Origin: Fidelibacterota bacterium | GTDB taxonomy: Bacteria > Fidelibacterota > SORT01 | Direction: 5' to 3' | Length of the DNA: 64,000 bases | Assembly: GCA_022573815.1 (NCBI GenBank) | Contig: JACZTG010000002.1 | Location: forward strand, 77,449 to 141,448 | In this document: positions 56,956 to 64,000 of the stretch, one piece after another | How positions within the stretch are numbered: the first letter of the stretch is position 1 | Layout of the letters: each line of letters begins with the position of its first letter | Position numbers and translations under genes: made by a program | The notes under the pieces: model-generated | Told to the model about the DNA's origin: nothing | The model's database searches: none | Seen by the model: the letters and a program-made list of their open reading frames with translations, nothing else

Positions 56956-59277
56956 ATGTCTGAATTAGAAGCGGCACAGATAGAAATTCGTGGAGTAGAT
57001 TGTCAGAACTGCGCCCAAACTATTGAAAAAACTATAGTGGGCTTGGAAGGTGTGGAAGAAGCTGATGTAAATGTATTGAACGGCGATATGAGCATCAGAT
57101 TCGATCCTTCGATTATTTCTTCTTATAAGATATCCGATACTGTAAAATCGCTCGGCTATACTGTCGGAGAAAACGATAAACAACTATCAAGTTTTAAGAT
57201 CAGCGGGATGGATTGTGCCGATGAGGAAAAGATTATCCGTAATCAGCTCGATAAGGTCGAAGGCATCCATAATCTGAATTTTGATTTGATAGGGGAGCGG
57301 CTGACCGTCGAACACAGCCTGAGTTCGCATGCCATCATTCAGTCTATTTCCGGAGCAGGTTTCAGAGCCGAACTTGAAGGTAAAGAGCAAAAGTCTGGGG
57401 GCGATAACAAACTTCGAACGAGAGTAATTTTTACAACGCTTTCCGGTTTACTGATTGCCACAGGCGCAGCTATAAATCTTTTCGACACAATAAATGTACC
57501 GGTACTTCCTTTCTATATTGCCGCGATGATCCTGAGCGGTTTTACCGCCGCGCGTAAATCTTATTTTGCGGTAAAAACATTTACTCTCGATATGAATTTC
57601 CTTATGACGGTTGCAGTTATCGGAGCTGCCTTTATCGGAGAATGGCTTGAAGGCGCTATGGTAATATTTCTTTTTAGCATAGCAGAACTTCTTGAGGCAG
57701 GAAGTTTGAACAGAGCCAGAGAAGCAATACACTCTCTTATGGGAATGGCTCCCGAAAACGCAAGAGTGATACGGGAAGACGGCAATTTTGAAACGGTTAA
57801 GATCGATGAAGTCGGAGTCGGTGAACTTCTATCGGTGAGGCCGGGTGAACGAATTCCATTGGACGGAGAAATAACACAAAGTAACGGTTTTGTAAACCAG
57901 GCGCCTATCACAGGAGAAAGTATTCCGGTTGAGAAAGCTGAAGGCGATTCTGTTTATGCCGGAAGTATAAACGGGGACAGCGCTCTTAAAATCAGAGTTA
58001 CGAGGATTTCTTCAGAGAGCACGTTATCCACTATCGTAAAGTTGGTGGAAGAGGCGAGAAACAACAAATCACCATCTGAAAAATTCGTGGATAAATTTTC
58101 GCGATATTATACGCCGTCAGTCGTAGCGAGCTCAATTTTTATGGTTTTAGTACCAACCCTGCTGTTCAACGAGCCATTCAACATATGGTTTTATCGCAGC
58201 TTGGTTCTTCTTGTAGTGGCTTGTCCGTGCGCATTGGTAATTTCCACTCCTGTAACAATTGTGAGTGGTTTAACTCGTGCGGCAAGGTCCGGTGTTCTGA
58301 TCAAGGGAGGAAATTATCTCGAAGCGATGGCGAATATTAACGCTGTGATATTGGACAAAACAGGAACAATTACGGAAGGGAAGCCTGAGGTGGTGGATAT
58401 ATTGCCGCTAAATGGGATGTCTCGTGAAAATATAATGAGCACAGCCGCAGCAGTGGAATCGGCATCGGAACATCCTGTTGCAAAGGCTGTTCTAACCGCA
58501 GCAGAAAATATGGGAGCCGAGTTTGTGAAAGGCGAAAAACTGCATAATCATCCCGGAGAAGGCACGCATGCTGTTGTTAACGGAAAACAGTTTTATGTGG
58601 GAAATCACAAATATTTTGAAAAATCAGGTCTCTGCAATTCAGAGATAGAGGAAACACTTGAAAGAATCGAAGAGGCTGGAAGGACGGCGGTGCTGGTATG
58701 GGAAGAAAAATCTCCAATCGGTGTCATAGCAATCCAAGACGTAGTTCGTCCTATTGCGAATAAAGTGGTGGCGCAGTTAAAATCTCTGGGAGTGGAAAAA
58801 GTTTTACTACTTACGGGGGATAACAGCAGAACAGCAGCTGCCGCAGCAGAAGTAGCGGGAATAACCGATTTTCGAGGTGAATTGATGCCGGAAGACAAGA
58901 TGAATATTGTTTCCGAACTGACCAGAAACGGATATAAAACAATGATGGTGGGGGACGGTGTGAACGATACACCGGCGCTGGCCGCAGCGGATGTTGGTGT
59001 TGCTATGGGTTCCGCAGGTTCTGATCAGGCGATAGAAACAGCTGATGTGGCGCTTATGTCGGATGATCTGACCAGACTTCCATTCGGAATATCGCTTGCG
59101 AAGAAGTCCCTTAAAATTGTAAAACAAAATATCAGCTTCGCTATAGGAATAAAAGCGTTATTCATGCTGATGGCGCCGTTCGGGCTGGCAACCCTGTGGA
59201 TGGCGGTTGCCGCGGATATGGGAGCAAGTTTAATAGTTATTGCTAACGGTATGCGGGTATTACGCTTTAAGGGCTGA
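56956..59277 (+). CDS. P1B-type heavy-metal translocating ATPase (CPC motif; Zn/Cd/Co-type), two N-terminal HMA-like domains
   Basis: HMA1 GVDCQNCA. HMA2 degenerate GMDCADEE. TM CPC (VVACPCALVISTP). DKTGTIT phosphorylation site. GDGVNDTPALAAADVG hinge. Confidence 0.85.
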   Translation: MSELEAAQIEIRGVDCQNCAQTIEKTIVGLEGVEEADVNVLNGDMSIRFDPSIISSYKISDTVKSLGYTVGENDKQLSSFKISGMDCADEEKIIRNQLDKVEGIHNLNFDLIGERLTVEHSLSSHAIIQSISGAGFRAELEGKEQKSGGDNKLRTRVIFTTLSGLLIATGAAINLFDTINVPVLPFYIAAMILSGFTAARKSYFAVKTFTLDMNFLMTVAVIGAAFIGEWLEGAMVIFLFSIAELLEAGSLNRAREAIHSLMGMAPENARVIREDGNFETVKIDEVGVGELLSVRPGERIPLDGEITQSNGFVNQAPITGESIPVEKAEGDSVYAGSINGDSALKIRVTRISSESTLSTIVKLVEEARNNKSPSEKFVDKFSRYYTPSVVASSIFMVLVPTLLFNEPFNIWFYRSLVLLVVACPCALVISTPVTIVSGLTRAARSGVLIKGGNYLEAMANINAVILDKTGTITEGKPEVVDILPLNGMSRENIMSTAAAVESASEHPVAKAVLTAAENMGAEFVKGEKLHNHPGEGTHAVVNGKQFYVGNHKYFEKSGLCNSEIEETLERIEEAGRTAVLVWEEKSPIGVIAIQDVVRPIANKVVAQLKSLGVEKVLLLTGDNSRTAAAAAEVAGITDFRGELMPEDKMNIVSELTRNGYKTMMVGDGVNDTPALAAADVGVAMGSAGSDQAIETADVALMSDDLTRLPFGISLAKKSLKIVKQNISFAIGIKALFMLMAPFGLATLWMAVAADMGASLIVIANGMRVLRFKG

Positions 59278-59288
59278 GACTTACCTTT

Positions 59289-61751
59289 CTAAAATTCGTA
59301 TCCAGCCGTAATATACAATCGTTCAATACCTTCTGAACTTCTTCCCCACTCAATACCGGCAGGACCTATTGGCGTTTCAATGATCAGCGCTCCGCCATAA
59401 CCCGAAATGAAATCATCAATCGAAAATGGCGTCTCCGGGTTTCCCACAGCCTGCCCGACATCATATCTTAAAGAGATATATGTATTAACGAATGAATTCA
59501 CGGGCATACGATACCTGATTTCAAAACTGGTATGAAAGAGTTTTCGAGCAACAAATCTGTTCTCTCTTGTACCATAAATCTCTGATCTGCCGCCTAATCG
59601 GAACTGTTCGGAAAATGGGAGAGTCAAATCGCCGATCGCAAATCTAAAATATGGCCGAAAAGTCAATCTATTATTAATCGTATTATAATTTTCGATTATC
59701 CATTCTAAAGATGTGTATCCGATTTCGCTGCTGAACGACCTGGAAGCAAAAGTATAACTGAAGCGGCTGTACAATCCTTCTGTCGGAATTGAAATTTTGT
59801 TCCGGCGGTCCACGGTAGAACGGAGTCTGATGGCAACTATATCGTTTATGGATTCAACACCGAATCCGCGTTCGCTCAACCCCTTAATTTTGGAATTAAT
59901 TAACAATATTTCGCCTGTAGCGGAGCCAAATCTTCTCACCTGTGCGCCGATAAGAAATGACCCTTCAAATCTGCGTTCCTCGTATTCGCCTACCCGAACA
60001 GCATTGCTTCCGTATAGATGATGTTTTTTTTCGCCGAAATCAAATTTAATTCCATTAGTGAGAAAACTATTTCCCAATCGTGGCGTACGATAACGAAGAC
60101 GAACGGCAATATCGCGTTCACCGAAAGTTCCTGACAGTGAAATGCTATTCCCGCTGCCGAACAAATTTTCATGTCTGATTTCTATCTTACCAATTGTGTT
60201 TCGTTCTCGGTCAGATCTTATTCCGATTAACACTCTGATATACGGCTGCTCTACAACCCTGAGAATTATTTTATGCTCTTCGCCGGCTTTTTCGACGGAA
60301 AGTGAAACTTGTCTGAAAAACCGTGTGGCATATATATTATTTAATCCTCTGTCTGCTTCTCGAATGTTGAATAAATCCCCGGCTGTCATTGGAAACTCTC
60401 CGAAAATTACATGATCCGATGTAAAGTAGTTTCCCTCTATAGAGATCGAATTTATCAATCCCTCGTTAATTTTAATATCAAGAGACGAAGACGTGGAGTC
60501 ATACGAAACGCTATGTACAGCAGCTAAAGAATAGCCGCCATTACGGTATATTCTTATCATTGATTCGAGAGCTTCATCAAATGATTGTGCATTATAAATT
60601 CGGTTATTATGAAATCCTGAAGCCTTGAGTAATTCTTCGGTAGAGTATTCTGAATTTCCTGATAAGGTAACTTTAGAAATGGTGATAGTGCTTTGGTTTA
60701 AATCCTGATAGTCTTTCTGCAAGCTATCTGCGAAACCTATCCTTTCCTCTTCCCCGGCATTTAAAAGCAAATTAATATCCGAGATTATTTCTTCTGTTGC
60801 GATTCTTCCCGCATCAATCAATTCAGACAGGTTGGAAAAATCTGTTGGTAGCCTCGAAGATAATTGCGGCGTTACTAATACATCGGCGAGTTTCCGGAGA
60901 TTTTCAAGCGCGGGTTGCATCATTATAGTGATGATTTGATCGGCTATTTCCCAGGGAAGTCTTAGGTCTTCAGGATTTCTCAAAGGTGATACTACATCGA
61001 ACGCAATCACAATATCGGCGCCTAAATCCCGAGCAACGTCAGTTGGAAGCGCGTTTACGATGCCTCCATCGGTAAGGAGCATTCCGTCTTTTTCGATAGG
61101 AGATATAATCAGGGGAATCGCAATACTTGCTCTTAATATTTCCACAATATCGCCCTCGGAGAATACTATGGGCTTTCCGGAATTTAAATCCAATACGACC
61201 GATCTAAACGGTATTTTAAAATCGTCAAAATTTGTACTGCTGTTGTAAGGGGCTTGAAGAAATAACCTGTTCAAGCGTCTTCTAAGTTTTTGTCCCGAAG
61301 ACAGCCCTAAAGGTATATATGGTTTAATGCCTTTGAATCGAAAGGAAAGGTTGAAATTCTCTCCTTCTTCCTGTTGACTTGCAAGAAGAGTTTTCCGTTC
61401 TAAATCATCTTTTAGGAGATCGTCCCAATCTGAACTTAATACGAAATCCTCAAGTTCAGAAGGAGTATAACCTGCGGCGTAAAGTCCTCCTATAATACTT
61501 CCCATGCTGACGCCTATTATCATATCTATAGGGATGTTCCATTCCTCAAGAACTTTCAACGCTCCAATATGGGAAATCCCTCTCGCACCTCCGCCTCCGA
61601 GCACTACTGCCACAGTAGGCCGGTTTTTACTTTTTATGCTGATAGGAAAAAAAGATTTACGATGAGAAATAATTTTATTATCAGTTTTGTCCTGAGCCCA
61701 TATAACAGAGCTTATCAAACTGATGAGGAGTAAAATAAGTGTTTTCTTCAT
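59289..61751 (-). CDS. patatin-like phospholipase fused to POTRA/Omp85-family beta-barrel (PlpD-like, type Vd autotransporter-like)
   Basis: Signal peptide. Patatin GGGARG...GVSMGS (GxSxG) and the DGG catalytic Asp region. C-terminal 16-strand Omp85-type barrel ending ...ITAGYEF. Confidence 0.75.
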   Translation of the reverse strand: MKKTLILLLISLISSVIWAQDKTDNKIISHRKSFFPISIKSKNRPTVAVVLGGGGARGISHIGALKVLEEWNIPIDMIIGVSMGSIIGGLYAAGYTPSELEDFVLSSDWDDLLKDDLERKTLLASQQEEGENFNLSFRFKGIKPYIPLGLSSGQKLRRRLNRLFLQAPYNSSTNFDDFKIPFRSVVLDLNSGKPIVFSEGDIVEILRASIAIPLIISPIEKDGMLLTDGGIVNALPTDVARDLGADIVIAFDVVSPLRNPEDLRLPWEIADQIITIMMQPALENLRKLADVLVTPQLSSRLPTDFSNLSELIDAGRIATEEIISDINLLLNAGEEERIGFADSLQKDYQDLNQSTITISKVTLSGNSEYSTEELLKASGFHNNRIYNAQSFDEALESMIRIYRNGGYSLAAVHSVSYDSTSSSLDIKINEGLINSISIEGNYFTSDHVIFGEFPMTAGDLFNIREADRGLNNIYATRFFRQVSLSVEKAGEEHKIILRVVEQPYIRVLIGIRSDRERNTIGKIEIRHENLFGSGNSISLSGTFGERDIAVRLRYRTPRLGNSFLTNGIKFDFGEKKHHLYGSNAVRVGEYEERRFEGSFLIGAQVRRFGSATGEILLINSKIKGLSERGFGVESINDIVAIRLRSTVDRRNKISIPTEGLYSRFSYTFASRSFSSEIGYTSLEWIIENYNTINNRLTFRPYFRFAIGDLTLPFSEQFRLGGRSEIYGTRENRFVARKLFHTSFEIRYRMPVNSFVNTYISLRYDVGQAVGNPETPFSIDDFISGYGGALIIETPIGPAGIEWGRSSEGIERLYITAGYEF

Positions 61752-61890
61752 ATAGCGCTAAAACTATCCTTTGCAGGTTTGAAAGGCAATAAGATGTAAA
61801 ATTTAGATTAGCAGGATTTTCTTGTTTTATCGCAAGGAACATCTATTATTAAAGAGTCGGAATCAGATTCAGAAAGAGATTAACAGAGAT

Positions 61891-62784
61891 TTGAGTTTTT
61901 TATTTTTATTTATAGATGGAATTGGAATTGGTAAACGTGACAAAAGCGTAAACCCTTTTGCCGCTGCAGATTCAAAATATTTCACTTCATTCCTGGATAA
62001 TAATGAGCCCGAGATTTCTCCGCAGAATGATGGCATAACTATCCCAACAGATGCCTGTCTGGGAGTAAAGGGTTTGCCGCAAAGCGCAACGGGGCAGACC
62101 TCATTATTTTCAGGAATAAATGCACAGAAAGAAATCGGAAGACATCTTAGCGGTTTTCCTACACCTTCACTGAGAGCAATATTGCAATCTACTAATATCT
62201 TAAAAGATCTGAGCAATAATGGAAATAAAGTAACATTCGCTAATGCCTACCACAGAAAATATTTTGAGCGACCCGATAAGATGATAAGCGCTACTACTCA
62301 TATACTGTTAACTGCCGAAATAAAAATAAATTATCTTGAAGATCTGAACGCCGGGAAAGCTGTTTTCCATGATCTCACAAATGAATATCTGATTGCAGAA
62401 GGGTATGATGTTAAGAAACGGACTCCGTTTGAGTCGGGCATTGTTCTTGCGGGTATTGTAAAAGATCATGACCTTACTTTATTCGAGTATGTCCAAACAG
62501 ACACTATTGGACATAAAAAGGATTTGGATATGGCAATCAATCAGGTAATAAAAATGGACGAATATTTAGACGGAATATTTGACTCACTTGATCTGAGCGA
62601 ACACACCGTTATAATTTCAAGCGATCATGGAAACCTGGAAGACGTTTCAGTTAAAACTCATACCCGAAATCCGGTGACAACTATTGTATGGGGAAAGGAA
62701 AAGAAGAAATTTCAGGAAGGGATCAGCAAGATAACTGATATTACTCCATTATTCATCAATCTGTTTGGTACTGCTGCCATTTGA
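61891..62784 (+). CDS. alkaline-phosphatase-superfamily 'metalloenzyme' domain protein (iPGM/phosphopentomutase-like)
   Basis: A TTG start at 61891 gives LSFLFLFIDGIGIG, typical of the PF01676 metalloenzyme N-terminus. C-terminal SSDHGN metal site. The longer ORF from 61822 is possible. Confidence 0.45.
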   Translation: MSFLFLFIDGIGIGKRDKSVNPFAAADSKYFTSFLDNNEPEISPQNDGITIPTDACLGVKGLPQSATGQTSLFSGINAQKEIGRHLSGFPTPSLRAILQSTNILKDLSNNGNKVTFANAYHRKYFERPDKMISATTHILLTAEIKINYLEDLNAGKAVFHDLTNEYLIAEGYDVKKRTPFESGIVLAGIVKDHDLTLFEYVQTDTIGHKKDLDMAINQVIKMDEYLDGIFDSLDLSEHTVIISSDHGNLEDVSVKTHTRNPVTTIVWGKEKKKFQEGISKITDITPLFINLFGTAAI

Positions 62785-63267
62785 GGGAACGTTCATAGCC
62801 TCACGATAACTCGCAGCAATCGTATTCATATATTCCGAGTTTCGCCAGAGATATTTGAACGAATCGAATGTTCCTTTCAGATAAAGAACTACGACGATTA
62901 AAGCCACTATTCCATGAACAGTTGAACCCCACGAGGGGAAAACTGTAGTTCCGCCAAAGACGGCGGCTATAGTAATATAAATGATATTCATTGTGGCGCC
63001 CTTTGAAGCAACGCCGTGATTCCGACGAATTTCTGTGAGTTCGGGAATATCAATGCCGGCTTCTTCGGCGCCGTCCTTAACTCCTCTGCCAGTTTGGACG
63101 AAATAGAAAATCGTGAGAATGTCGTTTATATAGATCAATAATATTGTGGGAAGCGCAAAAAGCGGATGTGGCATTCCCATTGGCTCGAATCCGAGATAAC
63201 CGGAAAGCAATAACGTAGTAAGCGCCGTTATTGAAAATATTTTCAGCATAAAAATTGATAATAACAT
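62749..63267 (-). CDS. hypothetical 4-TM membrane protein
   Basis: Four hydrophobic helices and no recognisable family. Confidence 0.3.
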   Translation of the reverse strand: MLLSIFMLKIFSITALTTLLLSGYLGFEPMGMPHPLFALPTILLIYINDILTIFYFVQTGRGVKDGAEEAGIDIPELTEIRRNHGVASKGATMNIIYITIAAVFGGTTVFPSWGSTVHGIVALIVVVLYLKGTFDSFKYLWRNSEYMNTIAASYREAMNVPSNGSSTKQIDE

Positions 63268-63288
63268 GATATTCCTTAAAAAGTCTCG

Positions 63289-64000
63289 CTACAGATTGTC
63301 AAGATTTTCTTTGGCGGAAATTCCTATTTCGCTGTCCGGATTTTGTTCTGCCAGCTGTTCCCATGCCTCACGTGCGCCTGTCTTGTCGCCCATAGTCGCT
63401 AAAATGATACCAAGATTGTAAAGCGCGAATTCATCCTTTGGATCAACTCTTAAGGCTTCTTCGAGATGGAATTTCGCTTTTTCCGTATTTCCCGAGTTTG
63501 CGTACATCTCAGCAAGAGAAATTTTGACTCGTCCGTCATCCGGCTGTAACTCAACGTAACTTTCAAAATACTCGCTGGCTTCCTCATAACGGCCGATGGT
63601 GGCGTACATACTTCCAAGTTCGAGATAAGCATGAAAATCGTTCGGGTCACTATCTATGCGGTCATTAAGTTCTTCTAATTTCTGCATAACAGGCGCCATA
63701 GCATCGGAATCAATTGTCGGTCGGTTGCCCCGTGGAGCGGACATTCCGGACACAGTGTTGAGATCAATACGAGTAGTAGTAGAATCTTCCTGCTGCATAA
63801 TTTGGTAAAAAAGAATAGAAAGCACAGGCACTGAAATTAACAATGCAAGAACACCGTTTTTTCTCCTGGTAGGAATTGCTTTAGAAACTCGTTTTTTCTG
63901 TGCCTTCGCCTGCGTTCGGTCAGGTCTGATAGCCCCTTTTCCGGTTGACACTTCAGCTCCGCAGGAGATGCAAAAATTAGAACCAAGCGGGACTTCGCTG
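63289..64000 (-). CDS. zinc-ribbon/TM/TPR-repeat protein (N-terminus extends beyond window end)
   Basis: The frame stays open upstream of the tracked GTG start and translates to ...FCISCGAEVSTGKG (zinc-ribbon CxxC). Then one TM (VLALLISVPVLSILFYQIM) and about 4 TPR repeats (HAYLELGSMYATIGRYEEA...). Confidence 0.55.
   Translation of the reverse strand, partial: SEVPLGSNFCISCGAEVSTGKGAIRPDRTQAKAQKKRVSKAIPTRRKNGVLALLISVPVLSILFYQIMQQEDSTTTRIDLNTVSGMSAPRGNRPTIDSDAMAPVMQKLEELNDRIDSDPNDFHAYLELGSMYATIGRYEEASEYFESYVELQPDDGRVKISLAEMYANSGNTEKAKFHLEEALRVDPKDEFALYNLGIILATMGDKTGAREAWEQLAEQNPDSEIGISAKENLDNL

Noticed and set aside
57187-59127. Minus-strand ORFs inside the P-type ATPase gene
   Set aside because: They are antisense to a conserved ATPase frame.
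1-64000. Search for CRISPR arrays, rRNA/tRNA genes, integrases or reverse transcriptases
   Set aside because: No regularly spaced direct repeats were seen. No tRNA-like cloverleaf or rRNA-like stretches were seen. No integrase or RT motifs were seen in any frame I read.

Overview
This 64 kb window reads as bacterial chromosome. It is visibly AT-rich, densely packed with genes, and many adjacent genes overlap by 1-20 nt. I found no rRNA, tRNA or CRISPR array, and no reverse transcriptase or intact mobile element.

Most of the window is conserved core genome:
- A translation and replication cluster rpsF-ssb-rpsR-rplI-priA, preceded by the 3' end of a membrane H+-pyrophosphatase gene.
- A succinate dehydrogenase or fumarate reductase operon sdhCDAB.
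- Five aminoacyl-tRNA synthetases (argS, glyQS, archaeal-type proS) plus topA, recO, rsfS and radC.
- Central metabolism: an ADP-forming acetyl-CoA synthetase, ferritin, a nitrilase-family hydrolase, and a DUF47-PiT phosphate module.

Several regions look accessory or unusual.
1. A nine-gene minus-strand glycan operon (34604-44159). It combines a Wzx flippase, an ArnT/PMT-like GT-C transferase, a FemAB-like acyltransferase, WbqC, a GNAT, a putative deacetylase and two glycosyltransferases. It ends in an active GGDEF diguanylate cyclase with an unknown sensor domain. No Wzy or Wzz is present. I think this is the best candidate for an uncharacterised surface or protein-glycosylation system coupled to c-di-GMP.
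2. A small islet between radC and dtxR (52325-53836). It holds a decayed IS transposase fragment, an RHH-MazF/PemK toxin-antitoxin pair and a tiny unannotated 50-aa ORF.
3. A metal-homeostasis block: dtxR-feoA, then a FeoB split into separate G-domain and permease ORFs joined by an ATGA overlap, then a CPC-type P1B ATPase. The promoter upstream carries a palindromic CTAAC/GTTAG operator.
4. A lipoprotein placed directly after sdhB. It has a PSCyt1-like fold and a non-canonical CX4CH motif, and it is bracketed by two PorV/FadL-like outer-membrane barrel paralogues.
5. A HTH(excisionase-type)-PIN toxin-antitoxin pair next to a NUDIX gene.
6. A patatin-Omp85 (PlpD-like) fusion, and a trio of PDZ-bearing peptidases.

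The PorV-like barrels and the archaeal-type ProRS suggest an uncultivated FCB-group-like lineage. That is inference, not something the sequence proves.
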